Source of the DNA: Octopus sinensis
Lineage: Eukaryota
Reading direction: 5' to 3'
Length of the DNA: 64,000 bases
NCBI RefSeq assembly: GCF_006345805.1
Contig: NC_043010.1
Coordinates: 41,478,001 to 41,542,000 of the forward strand
Position 1 is the stretch's first letter. Every line of letters starts with the position of its first letter. The translations under genes were made by a program, and so were the position numbers. This document shows, in pieces, positions 25,189 to 38,086 of this stretch. A model generated the notes under the pieces. It was given only the letters and a program-made list of their open reading frames with translations. It did no database searches and was not told the DNA's origin.

Positions 25189-28100
25189 CTGAAAGAAGAA
25201 AGAAGAACAGAAAAATATTTAGAGGCAATGTTAATGATGCTACATAATAGAGATTATTGTAGAAAGGAGGAATTTAAGATCTATATGAGACATGGTTATT
25301 TTAAATTATATCCTAGTTAGTGTTCTACTTTTGTACACAGACACTCTTGTATAACATCTGTAGTATCTTATGCATGACAAAATGGTAGCATGACTATATG
25401 TTGGAAGGTATTTCTAGTGTGGAAGATATTTCATTTTTTATACCATGCATTTTGTGAACATTAACCTTGTTGGTTATAAGTTTCCAACATCTCAATACTG
25501 GTTTACTGCAATTTAAGTAAAATACACACATATATCATAGGCTTCTTGCTCCATCTACCAAATTTCAGAAAGTATTTGTCAACCAGGATCCAGAAGCAAA
25601 CTTCTTAACCTGTGCCCATATGCAGTCCATGACTAGATTCATGAACTGGATGTATTGATATATTGACCAATATGATTGGCGAATGTGACCTGAGGGTTAG
25701 GGTTAGCTTCCTGAAATACATGCATGTGTATATAGAGAGTAGCAATTGTTATTTAACCTAAGGTCAATTCTGAGCAAACTTATGATCAAAGGCAATCATC
25801 TTTTATTCAAATATTAAATAGATGCATCTTATTTTTTCATCTTTAATTCAAAGATCACAAGTCAGGTGGTGGATGTTAAATCTAGTAAACTATCAGGGAT
25901 AAAAAAAATATTAAAAAAAAAAACATTAAAAAACACAATGCTAAGAATCTTCTCTTTACCCACACTTTTGTCAGGGAAATTCAAATCTACTGACCTCACT
26001 AATTTTCAAGGACTATGCATGTATACTGCTGGGTTTTCTTAGACTAATTGTAAAAAAATAAAAGATATGCCTGAAATATATCAAAATGGCCAAAAGATTG
26101 AAGCAGAGGAAAAATGTTTTGGGTTGGATATTTGATTATTATGCAGACTGCTAGAATTTCCACTGGATTAAAATTATTTATATATATTAAATCAGCAGTT
26201 TATATTTGCTGCTGATAAGTTGGCGCGGTGACAGTAGATTTTGAAAATTTAGAGTTTTTATTCCCAAGGCATCGATGCTGTTGCCTCGTGGAATATTTAT
26301 TCCTCCTGGCTTCTTTGCCGATGAGACGAGCCAGTGGTAAATTGTCTTGATTAAATTTAATTTAATTTAATTAGGCTGGTTTACCAAAAAGTACGTTGAA
26401 ACAATGCATTGTCCAAAGATGATTAGGGTAAATGTTTTTAATTTTCCTTTGATTTCTGAATTACTACTATTTAGCGGTTTGAGTTTAGCTGCTCGTTTTA
26501 GTGAGTTGAATGGACTATTAAGGCCATTCCTTAATATTATTGTTGAATGTATATTATATAGTCTTTTGACTATTTTTTCTTTCTCACTAGACCGCTGGTG
26601 GCAAAAAAAATTTCTATTGAATTTTTTGCTACCCTTATATTGATTAAATATATATATATATATGCATATATGCTATGCAGTGGGACAACCTGGAACCAGC
26701 TTCTTCCCACATAGCCTCGTTGTGCCTATATATATATATATATATATACACGGCCTCGTTGTGCCTATATATATATATATATATATAGGCACAACAAGGC
26801 TGTGTGGGAAGAAACTGGTTCCAGGTTGTCCCACTGCATAGCATATATATATATATATATATAATTTTAATCCAGTGGAAATTCTAGCAGTCTGCATAAT
26901 AATCAAATATCCAACCCAAAACATTTTTCATCTGCTTCAATGTTTTGGCCATTTTGATATATTTCAGGCATATCTTTTATGAACATTAAAAGCACCTTGG
27001 GCTGACAAAAGCTTTGTTTGTGGATTTGGTAGACAGAAACTGAAAGAAACCTGTTGTATCTATATATATAAAACTGAGAATGTCTGCCTGTCTTGAGAAC
27101 TACCCAACTGATTTCATTCAAATTTTATTAATGCCTTTATCAGGGTCCATGCAGTGTCATGGGCCAATAAAATTTTCAACTTCTTACCTAATGTGAACCC
27201 AGAGTAACCTCTTAGCTTTTATACTATTTCAGTATTACATGTCAAAAGTGAAACAATAACATCTCTATTGTAATGGAAGATAATACTTTCAGTTTTAATA
27301 GTGTGTGTATATATTTATCTATCTTATATATTAAAAGGTAAGTTGTCTGTGTGTGTGTGTTGTGTGAACCACTTCAACTCTTACAATTTTCAACTGAATT
27401 TCACCAAATGCGACATGTGTGCTCTCTTTGACTTAGGATGCTTTTTCTTATAATTTTTTTCTCAAAATTCCATGCCCCCAACATAAATAGACTACTTTCA
27501 ATTCACCTAGAATTTGGCTTGAGCCAGCGCAAAAATGTGACACACACCCAGCTAGAAAAAACCAATACTTTACTTTGTCGGCTGTGGCAAGCTCTAATCG
27601 ACTGCTTGCACAGTACTGCCAGCAGTATTCATTTGTGAGTTATGATTTGCCTCTGTTTTCATGTGAGCGCTCTTTTTCATATAATTATTCTAACTTAAAT
27701 TAGCAACTTCAAAACTCTTTCCCAAAATTAAAAATTCTTAATTCGGTCTGTTTGATTAACATTTTTGCCAACTTCATTTTACTATTTTTTGGGTTCTACA
27801 CATTCACCTCTTTTTCCAAAGGACTTTTTCTATTGTGTAAACTGATAATTTTCCACCATGCCTTGATGCAAAAGATACAATATAGGTCAGCAAACAAATA
27901 CTGCAAAGAAAAATGACTCAGAACCTTTCAGAGAAATATTTTCTTGCATCTTTTCTTTGTGTTGTTCAGGAAAAGTGGATTGGTATCATGCCATGCAGTT
28001 TTCCCCAATAACACTTTGGTTCACACACACACACACAAAGTCTTATAATACAGAACACCTCATACCTCTGATCCTTTCATTGTAGAGTATTAGCAAATCT

Positions 28101-28924
28101 TAATTTCAACTTGATGACTTAGCTACAGTGGCTTGCTCTTAGCTAAGAAGGTCTTGATCTTTCCCCTTTTTTCCAATCTTTCTAGGCCTAACTTGTAGTT
28201 TTTATGGTTCTATGTATTGTACAATTCTACCTTCCTTTTAGTTACTTTATTCTATGAATTGTACAATACCACCTTCCTTTTAGTTACTTTATATACAGAG
28301 CTGATCCATCGCTCACAATAGTCTCATAGAGGCTCCTCTATGTTGAAAATCACTATTTCCTCTTCCATCTTGTCACACATCACCGAGTGTTACTTTGATC
28401 TTACATCTGGCCAAGGGAACTTTCAGCTTCCATAGTTTCTTCTCGAGATTGTCTCATATTTTTGAGTTCAGCTAGCTCTTATCTTGAACTTGTTGATCAA
28501 TTTGTCTATGTTGAAAGGTACATTGTACACCAAAGAAGAACTTAGTATTCACAAGCAGTTGCCTACACTTTGTTTATACATACTTTGTTGTTGTCAGATA
28601 AAGTGAGAGTGCTTTATCCAAGTTAAAGTACACTTTCTACAAAGCCATTATAACTCTTTGGCAAATATAAACACTCAACAGAAAACCGTAACAAGAAATG
28701 ACCATCAAACAACAAGCGCTGTTCTGCTGCCGCCACCGTTACTCAGTTTCTGTTTCGATTCATTTGCATTTGTCTGCAAACTCTAACATTATACAGATGA
28801 GAGAAAACTTTTCTTCATGAGAATATGATAGTCTATCACTTATTGTTGTTGGCATCCTTTTTGTCTCAGGAAACAATGGAGTTGTGCATAAAATAATCTA
28901 GTCCGGCTTTTACATTTCATGTCC

Positions 28925-29060
28925 TAATACATTTCTTGCTGTGGCTGTGTAGTCCTATCCTGGACAAACACTCCCTCTGGCAGGTGCCGCAAATGTAGCG
29001 AAGACTTTTCCTGGCTGGTTGTAATGTCATAGTTTCTTGTTGACGTTTCTTGTTTCTATC
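28925..29060 (-). mobile_element. RTE 3' end with C-terminal zinc finger
   Basis: YICGTCQRECLSRIGLHSHSKK. Confidence 0.6.
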
Positions 29061-29196
29061 ACATATAACTTCTCTATAAACACCTACTACAAGCTAAAGT
29101 GATATAAGACACAGTAAAATTGCTTTGCCACACACAACAAAATGATCCAGTTATACTCACATGATCAAATGGTAAAAGAACCTTAAGATAACTTAC

Positions 29197-29291
29197 ACTT
29201 GAGAAAAGCAGCAAGACAGTGGGGTGATGAGTAAATGTCTCAGTATTTAGTTCAGGTTGTTTATGTTGTATATTTAATGACAGTCCAAAAC
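29197..29291 (-). other. Candidate 95-nt non-coding or poison exon in the GOLGA7 5' intron
   Basis: Strong acceptor ttttcatatgcttacag|, donor AGT|gtaagt, and a second donor CAT|gtgagt at 29161. Confidence 0.4.
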
Positions 29292-29759
29292 CTGTAAGCA
29301 TATGAAAATAAAGACAAAATATAAAAACAATATTTTTATCATGAATATATTAACTATAGGCATAGGAAAGGCTGTGTGGTAAGTAGCATATATGTATATA
29401 TATGTGTGTATGTGTTTGTCCTCCCCAACATCACTTGACAACCGATGCTGGTGTGTTTACGTCCCTGTAACTTAGTGGTTTGGCAAAAAAAGAGACCGAT
29501 AGAATAAGTACTAGGCTTACAAAGAATAAGTCCTGGGGTTGATTTGCTCGACTAAAGACAGTGCTCCAGCATGGCCACAGTCACATAACTGAAACAAGTA
29601 TAAGAGTAAAAGAGTATGTCATGTAAAAATAGATTGCTAGAAAAGATACTTTACACAGGATAAGTAATCATAATTAGGGAGTTGGTACATAGGGCTGTCA
29701 ATCAGGGACTTGATTTCTTACATTTGCATAAGAGTTGGTATGATTAGCGCAATTTCAAA

Positions 29760-30650
29760 GTGTGGAAGTGTTCTACTGCTTTACCCACACAATTGTTTCT
29801 AATCATTTACTACTTACTAAGACTTTGGTTTTTGCTAGACTGACTCTAGACCTTCTAGGCCTTGCTTCTCCTCTACTTCTGATAGTGACTCAGCTATTAG
29901 AGCAAGGTCATCAGCAGAGAGAAGCTCCCAGGGGCAGCCTGTCTCGAATTCCTGTTATTGTTTAGTGGACAATGATGAATAAGAGGGGGTGGAGGACTGA
30001 TACTTGGTGGACCCCTACCCGGATTTCTTCACTATACTCATTGCCAACCCTCACCTTACTGGTAGCATCCCTGTGCATAGGTTGTACAGCTCTGACTAAC
30101 CACTCATCTATGTCTAGCTTCTGCATGTCAACGAAAGCCAAGTATGAAGGTTTATTTTTGGCTAGGTATTTCTCCTGCAGCTGTCTTACCAGAAATATAG
30201 CAAAATTCCATCTGGTCTAAACTAACTCTCTCCCTAATTAGTTGGGCTATGACCCTCTCTGTGACTTTCATTACCTGATCCAACAATTTGATATCTGTAA
30301 TTATTCGTATCTAATGCATAACCTTTACCTTTGTAGCAGTTGACAATGGTGTTGCTACCAGTATGACTCCTTCATGTATCACCTGACTGACTATACGGGT
30401 GATTAAGACTATAGCTGACACCACCAGATATTTTAAGCATTTTTGAGGTAATTCCTGATAGGCCGGAGGCTTTCATTGTCTTCATTCCTTTAATTGTTTT
30501 ATCTACCAACTTACTGTCAATTCGGATGGCTGGTCCCTCCGTTAGGTCGACATTTGGCAGACTCTCCCATTCATTCTCTTCATTTAGCAACCTTTCATAG
30601 TGGCATCTCCAAGTCTCTCTTTGCAGCCTCATTAAATGCAAGTGAGCCAT
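29760..30650 (-). mobile_element. RTE LINE RT fragment
   Basis: WRCHYERLLNEENEW..KASGLSGIT; AIFLVRQLQEKYLAKNKP.YLAFVD; VGVHQ.SVLHPLLFI. Confidence 0.8.
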
Positions 30651-30753
30651 GATCCATGTGGACACATTTCTCTCCTATGACATCATGATTTGCTCTCACA
30701 CACTGTTTTGCAACACGAAACACTATGTCTTTGGTCCTCACGACTTATGTGTG

Positions 30754-30818
<65 letters not shown>

Positions 30819-31069
30819 TACAGACGAGTGTGTATATTTTTCATCTAGTTTCAGCTCACGAGCTGTGGCCATGCTGGGACACCGCCATCTATATTATATA
30901 TATATAGATATATACACACACACACAAGGGTGTGTATGATCGTGTATAGAAGAATATATTAATCAAGGGAATTCCAACTTTATATGATTTTCACATTTTA
31001 TTTACAATCTTATAATAATATAAGATGATATAATATAATGAAATGATAGAATATTAAATGTTCATTATG

Positions 31070-31795
31070 ATTGTTAGTTAGTTAGTCAGTTAGTTAGTTA
31101 GTTAGTTAGTTAATTTGGCTCAAAAGCAAATAGCAAGGCCATGTAGGGAGACATGGAGTTGAGTATAGGGTGGTGTCCATGTAAAGAGTTCAGGCCACTT
31201 GAGGTCCAGGGAGGCTTTGAACAAAGCGGTCGTCGGCATCTTCACCATCTCGTCTGGCAGCTTGTTCCACGGATCCGCAACCCGGACGGAGAAAGCTCCT
31301 CTCCTTCGATTGAGATGAAATCGTCGCAGGTAGAGCTTTTCGGAATGACCCCGCAGCCGACGCTCCGGAGCAGGGAGTGAAGAACAGCTCTTTCGAGAGG
31401 TTACACTTCCCGCTTATGATGTTGTGGGCGAGAATGAGATCACCACGGCGGCGGCGTTTTTCAAGAGAATAAAGGTCGAGCGTCCTCAGCCTTTCTTCGT
31501 AGGACAAATTTTTGAGACCATGAACCATGCGGGTGGCCAGCCTCTGGACTCTTTCGAGATGCTGTATGTCTTTGAGGAGATAAGGAGAAGAGGCTTGAAT
31601 CCCATACTCCAATATGGGTCTCACCAGCGTGACATAGAGTGGTAGGAATATGGCTGCTGTGAGCATTCCGAATGACCATCGAATCAAAAACAGAATTCCG
31701 CGCGCTTTGTTGGCAGCATGGACGCACTGGGCCGAAGGCGAAAAGGAGGAATCCACCAAGATACCCAGGTATCTAGTACTTTCATGCATTCAACT
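31070..31795 (-). mobile_element. 5'-truncated CR1-clade LINE with (TAAC)n tail
   Basis: ORF 31190-31789: LVRPILEYGIQASSPYLLKDIQHLERVQRLATRMVHGLKNLSYEERL..LYSLEKRRRRGDLI. Confidence 0.9.
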
Positions 31796-31882
31796 ACGCA
31801 ATCTTCAGGTTCATATAGCAGTGGTGACAGCTACGTCTTACAATTTGCAACTGTAGTGAGATGGCTAAACTGTGTGCCTTAA

Positions 31883-32930
31883 CCCTTTCGTTACTGTATT
31901 TCTGACCAAAATACACCCCTCATGAGTTTCAACTAAATTCTAAAATAATCATGAACTTAGACTAATTTCATTTAACAACTGTAACTCTTTTACTTATCAA
32001 CATATTAATGTGATATTTGGAACATAATTAAAGAAAGAGTTCTTAATTCTATTGCATAACTTTTGTCTCAAAGTGACTTTAATTACAGGTAAATCCAGGT
32101 AAACTGAGCAAAAGGTAAAAATATTAAAATTTTGTTTAAACATCACCATAGAAAATGAATCATCAGCTGATATTCAATTGGGTATTCAACAAAATTTTGA
32201 TATAGAAGAATTGTGCACATCACAAGATCATCAGTTGAATTTAATGCACAATAGAACAGGTGTACCATAAAGGTGAAATAAACTGAAATACTAGAATCCA
32301 TCTAAATCCACTGCAAGCATGACCGAACTAAAAAATTGGTCAAAAAATAATATACGGCCCTGGTTATGGTATGGAAGTAATAAATTTCAGATCACATTGT
32401 ACCCTAGGCCATGCTGACTAACATTATTTTCCCTGTATAAAAACTAAATCCACAGCAGTACCTAGTATTTGCTTCACAAATTTTCCAAACTTTGATCCCC
32501 CATTTCGAGGCCTTTCCTGGAATATACTGTTTGTTTACATTCTGCGTAACAGTTTGTTTCCGCAGTGATCACTTCAAACAAGCATACTGAAAACAATAAA
32601 AGTCCAATGGTTTCGCTTCCTAAGAAAGACTATGGATACACCCCGATCTCTTCAGAAAAATTGCTAATAAAAACATTTTTAAAGTTTTTACTTCATTCCA
32701 CTGTAAAATCGTCTTTGCTGTCGCTATCACTGCTTTCAGTTTCTTCAGAATCGCTGCTTTCGGTTTTGGATACAGAAATATCCTATTCATTCTCATACAC
32801 CATGTGCTTTTGTACCTCATTCATTCTTTTTCTCGATATCTCCATATTTTCCGTTGAAAAACCTTTAAATTCGGAATCACTGCTTGATAGCATGAAATTC
32901 CTATCCATTTTCAAAGTTAAAGAAAAATCG
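31883..32930 (-). mobile_element. Internally deleted piggyBac (PGBD-like) transposon
   Basis: TTAA|CCCTTT end at 31879-31888; QYIPGKASKWGIKVWKICEANTRYCCGFSFYTGK and GRILFFDQFFSSV motifs; acidic Ser-rich N-terminus. Confidence 0.8.
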
Positions 32931-32959
32931 TTTAGCTCCTTGTGGGTAGTAAAGAAATA

Positions 32960-34334
32960 CATATAATTGATGAATAATGGGAAAACAACGTAGCCTTAGT
33001 CCAGTCACGTGAGCAAAAATTGTATTACTCCACCAGCAAAAAGTTTCCTTTTCAACACCAGTAAGCAACTAAAGTTCAGTAAAACAGCTTGCATGGAAGT
33101 TGTACTTGGAGACTGGTCAATATAAAGATCAGCAAAGGACTGGCGCCCCAAGAAAAATGACAGCGCAGTTGGACCATCGAATCCACCGACTTTCAGAAGG
33201 CAACCAAATGCTGATAGCCGTTGACATATGTAAACAATTGTCCAACGAGAATGGTGTTATTTTACACCACAAACCGTCCTTGACTTGACTTGACTTGACA
33301 CAGCATTGACTTGGGGTGGGTTGAGCTGACTTTATTCATCCTCAATGCTGCAAGAGAATTTGGACTACATGGACGAATCACTAGGAAAAAAACCAATAAT
33401 ATCCAAAAGAAATCGACTCAAATGCCTTAATTTTGCAAAAAGCCATGCTCAATGGACTACCGAAGATTGGTGTAGGATCCTTTGGAGTGACGAGTCATGC
33501 TTCTGTATATTTGGATCAGATGGTAAAACATACGTCAGACGTCGCCCAACCGAGGAATTCCATCCGAAATGCGTGAAAAAGACGTGGTGGGGTGGAGGTG
33601 TGATGCTGTGGGTGGCATTTAGTAGCTTTAGTGTTGGCGCTCTAGTTAAAGTTGATGGAAGGATAAATAGTGTAGGTTATATGAATCTACTAAAGGATAA
33701 TGTTGTGCCATATTTGACTCACCAAATGCCTCTGGGGGTTATTTATCAGCAAGACAATAGTCCTGTGCACAAAGCCAAAAAGGTTATGGAATTTTTTGAT
33801 CACCATAATATTGACGTAATCGAATGGCCTCCCCAGAGCCTGGACTTGAATCCGATCGAGAACTTGTGGAATTATGTTTCCAAAAAAGTCCATGCTCAAA
33901 AAACATCTAATGTAAAACAATTATTCGATTATATCAATGAAATATGGCAAAACATTCCCACAGAATTTTGTAATCACTTAGCAAATTCAATGCCGAGGCG
34001 TTGTTCAGCCGTTATCAAGAATAAAGACTACGGCACAAGGTATTAATATGTATTTCGTTCTTGTTGCTCATTTTTGCTACAATCCTAAGCTTTAAATAAA
34101 ATTATAATGATACGGTCTGAAACTAATTTTGCAGGTAAATTTGAAATGTTTATATTAATTTAGCATTAGAATTTTTCAAGTTGTATAAAAATAGTTATTG
34201 TCTACATCATTCGAAAGAGAAATAAATTCTGCATAAGGTGTAAAAGATAAAAATAACTTGTATGGTGTTAGTAACAAAATATTTTGTAAGAAATAGAACT
34301 TTTATCATTGGTCTTAAATATATTTTCGCCAGTG
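32960..34334 (+). mobile_element. Tc1 (IS630-Tc1-mariner) transposon, disrupted DD34E transposase
   Basis: WSDES, QQDNS and NPIENLW with 34 residues between the second D and E. Start MGKQRSLS at 32977 carries stops and a 68-bp insert. Right end ...CAGTG at 34334; left TIR absent. Confidence 0.92.
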
Positions 34335-34339
34335 TGTAT

Positions 34340-34535
34340 ATATATATAGAGAGAGAGAGGGTGAATTCACAAAAAAAACAAAAGACGAAGACAGGTGGTG
34401 TACAAAACAAACAGATGCTCAGGAATTGAAAAAGTCTTTTATGTTTCGAGCCTACGCTCTTCTACAGAAAGGAACACAGAAAGAAAAAAGGAGAGAAAAA
34501 AATGTGTGTAGTGGCTACCGATCTATCATGGCGAC
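34340..34535 (-). mobile_element. Short Penelope-end repeat with a hammerhead-like core (34435-34471)
   Basis: cttt CTGTAGA A GAGC gtag GCTC GAAAC ATA aaag. Confidence 0.5.
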
Positions 34536-34550
34536 TGATATATATATATA

Positions 34551-35066
34551 TGGTGGAGTGACTTCGTCACAAACATTGAAGTCTTGGAGCGGGCCGAGAT
34601 CCCCAGCATTGAAAGATATGCTACTGAAGTACCACCTCCGATGGGCAGGGCATGTCTCCAGAATGGAGAACCATCGCCTTCTTAAGATTGCCCTGTTTGG
34701 CAAACTCTCCACCGGCCACTGAGTGAGAGGAGCTCTGAGGAAGCGCTACAAAGACTGCCTCAAGAAGTCTCTAACAGCATGTCATATTAACCACCAATGC
34801 TGATCAGACCTGGCTGCGGACCGTGATATCTGGTGCCACACGATCTTCAATGCAGTCAGCAAGTTTGAGGAACAAAGAAGAGACACACTTAAAGACAAGA
34901 GACGCAGGAGGAAGGCGCGAGCCACCTCTGACACCACACAAGATGTTACCTTCGTTTGTGGACACTGCTCACGGACCTGCCTTTCCCATATCGGACTTAT
35001 CAGTCATGAGCGTGCATGCACGCGACGTGGATGGCCTTCCTGATCTTCGTTCGTGAAGCCAAGCCA
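34551..35066 (+). mobile_element. RTE LINE 3' end
   Basis: LRWAGHVSRMENHRLLKIALFGKL...FVCGHCSRTCLSHIGLISHERAC. Confidence 0.88.
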
Positions 35067-35070
35067 TGGA

Positions 35071-35236
35071 TATATGGTGGGTTATGGGAATTTATGGAAA
35101 GGTATCCCGTAAAACTCAACAAATTTGTTAAAGAGATGTTAAAATACTTTCAAATGTCAACATCTTCTCTTCCCCATTTTTAACATGTTGAGGTTTATGG
35201 GATACCTTTTCATAAATTCAGATAACACACCATATA
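35071..35236. mobile_element. Small hairpin MITE
   Basis: About 55-bp inverted arms starting tatatggtg and ending caccatata. Confidence 0.65.
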
Positions 35237-35360
35237 CAAGTATTATTTTCATATTCACTAACATATGCCAGTAAGCTACCAGTGAAATATAAATAATCTT
35301 TATTAGAAATCATTTTTTGGAACCCTCCAAATTAAAGGACAAAATATAATTCAACCTTTT

Positions 35361-35403
<43 letters not shown>

Positions 35404-35412
35404 ACATATATC

Positions 35413-35750
35413 TGAGACCCCCTTCGGTCACGACACTGACCATGGGATTGCACCTAGAAAGTTACCCTCCCAGGCACAAGTCTGGGCAAGGTTGTTTATG
35501 GAAGACCAGCAGTCGCCCATGCATACCGGCCTCCCCTCTCCACGCAACCAGTGTTATCCAAGGGAAAGGCAAAGGCCGATACAGCTTGGCACCTGTGACG
35601 TCGCAACTCATTTCTACAGCTGAGTGAACTGGAGCAACGTGAAATAAACTGTCTTGCTCAAGAACACAACACGCAGCCCGGTCCGGGATTCGAGCTCACA
35701 ACCTCACGATCATAAGCTCGACGCTCTAACCACTGAGCCATGCGCCTTCA
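35413..35750 (-). mobile_element. tRNA-derived SINE family D
   Basis: A-box TGGCTCAGTGG, B-box-like GCTCGAATCC, then gtgttcttgagcaagaca central domain. Confidence 0.8.
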
Positions 35751-36072
35751 CTCACACATACATATATATGCATACATATATACATATAAATAGTAAATAA
35801 TATATAGTATATATATGTTTGTATGCACATATGGGTAGAGGACATCACCAACAGTTCAAATAACATGAAATACATAAACAAGAAAAAATGGAGAACAGGA
35901 CAAGTAAACACAGAGAAAGGACCCTTCCTCAGCTGTCAGCATTGTATCTACTGCTCATTTTGAGTACTGAATGAGAACATGAATCTTCAAAGACAGTTGC
36001 TCCCATAAATTCTAAAATATAAAATTAGGTTTTATGGAGGGTCAAAGTTGGGAACAAAAACATGACAGTGGA

Positions 36073-36114
<42 letters not shown>

Positions 36115-36170
36115 CACACACACATACATATATACATATACATACATATATATATATATACACGCACATA

Positions 36171-36228
<58 letters not shown>

Positions 36229-36229
36229 C

Positions 36230-36362
36230 CGGAGTAAACACATAAATGTGAAACAAGGTGGAAAAAAGAGTACTCGAATACCAGTGGTAGAGTAATATGC
36301 TTTATTTTAAGCAGCAGAATTTGTTGAATTTGTTGAATTTTCTGCTGCTTAAAATAAAGTAT
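36230..36362. mobile_element. Second copy of the 18.9-kb Penelope-end element with the palindrome centre deleted
   Basis: Same 5' segment as 18862-18950; about 22-bp residual arms ctttattttaagcagcagaa / ttctgctgcttaaaataaag. Confidence 0.8.
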
Positions 36363-36404
36363 ATATATATATATACACATATACATGATGATTGCTTCAT
36401 CTTA

Positions 36405-36830
36405 AGAGATGATAGCCATCCCATCAACACACACACCATCACACTGTACAATCGCTCCATTGATGTGTCCTTAGACGACGTTTAAGACCGGCTGCTGACT
36501 GACAGGGTTTAAAACACAAGTGACAGATATTATTTAAGTTTCTTCTATATTTTGGCTCTTTGGAATCTAATTCAGAAGGAATGTTTTTGTGAACTAGTAT
36601 ATGTCTTTTAAGTCCAGATATTGTCTTACAAGTGTTTTGACATATGACACAAGTTGTAAGAGGTGGTTGGTGTCCAAGATCATTACCTATCTGGGTATTA
36701 CGATTTTCATGTGACTTCATATGGTTCACATATCCTGCTTTTGACAACAGAACATGATCAACATATAATACATACCCAATGTTCACTGTTGATTACAGTT
36801 CTAATTGTCCCTTTATAACAAGATGATTCA
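36405..36830 (-). mobile_element. RTE-like LINE 3' end with C2H2 fingers
   Basis: CVICQNTCKTISGLKRHILVH and CHLCFKPCQSAAGLKRRLRTH, followed by a (CAT)-type tail. Confidence 0.65.
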
Positions 36831-37070
36831 GAGTGCTGAATCATCTTTTCCTCCCACGCATTGCAACCAGTCCTAACAACACCTCTCCACTTATTCCGAC
36901 CTAGAGCATCATTTTCCCAATCACTCGTTTATATCTAGTCTCTTCAGGTTTACCTTCACATTCTTTATACGTTTTTCTTGGCTTATGTTGTGGTCGTTTA
37001 CCAGAGTTGAGCTCACCATAAAAAAGATGCTTTTTTATACATACATATACATATATACTTATACATACAC

Positions 37071-37131
<61 letters not shown>

Positions 37132-37134
37132 AAT

Positions 37135-38002
37135 ATATATATATATGAAACTGAGAATGTGTGTCTGTTTCTGTGCATGTTTGCATTATTAGAACTCGAG
37201 AACTACCCAAACGAATTCATTTGACTGAAACAAGTAAAACGGTAAATGGATCTTTTCGGTTTGAACGGCAGTTTTTAACATAATTTCTAGGTAACTATAC
37301 TGGTAGAATGTGTTTATAAAACATCTTTTTCTCTTGGCTTTATTAAGAAAATTCTATAGTTTGTAAGATATTTGTTGTTTTCTTCAATTTCTGCAATTTC
37401 AGCCAATCAATAACGTCCATTGAGGTAAAAAAAACATTCTGTGCCGTATGAATATGTCCCTCGTTTAAGAAACAGATTGGGTTTATTTACATTTGTGAAG
37501 AAGAAAAAAAGATATCCTTCCCCCACCACTAACCCTAACCCTAAAACAGATTGAAATGCAATAGATCGATACTAGGGTCATAATTATGGGTGACAATTTC
37601 ATATGACACCGCTAGGAAAAACTGCCGTTCAAACTGAATATGAGTAATACACACACACACATATATATATAAATTATAGCTCCAGGCCGACCAAAGCCTT
37701 GTGAGTTGATTTCGTACACAGAAACTGAAAGAAGACTGTCATATATATGTATATATTTGTGTGTGTTTTTTTACCCCCACCATCGCTTGACAACCGATGT
37801 TGCTGTGTTTCATCCCTGTAACTTAGCGATTAGGTAAAAGAACTGATAGAATAAGTAATAGACTTACAAAGAATAAATCCTGGGATCTATTCGTTCGACT
37901 AAAGGCGTTGCTCCAGCATGGCTGCAGTCACATGACTCAAACAAGTAAATCAATAAAAAAACTGTCGTTTTAATCCAGAGCAACGCCGGGTATCTCTGCT
38001 AT
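37135..38002 (+). mobile_element. Non-autonomous Helitron-like element with nested MITE (37248-37638) and SINE A (37675-37950)
   Basis: 5' tatatat(g)aaactgagaatgt as at 27060; 3' end cc(a)gagcaacgccggg-tatctctgcta. Similar 3' ends at 47358-47388 (plus, CTAG) and 61738-61825 (minus, twice). Confidence 0.5.

Positions 38003-38086
<84 letters not shown>

Noticed and set aside
28300-28750. Second Tc1 fragment (minus strand)
   Set aside because: Only faint, frameshifted similarity; too decayed to call.
36439-36786. Host C2H2 zinc-finger gene
   Set aside because: The fingers, tail and context match an RTE LINE C-terminus.
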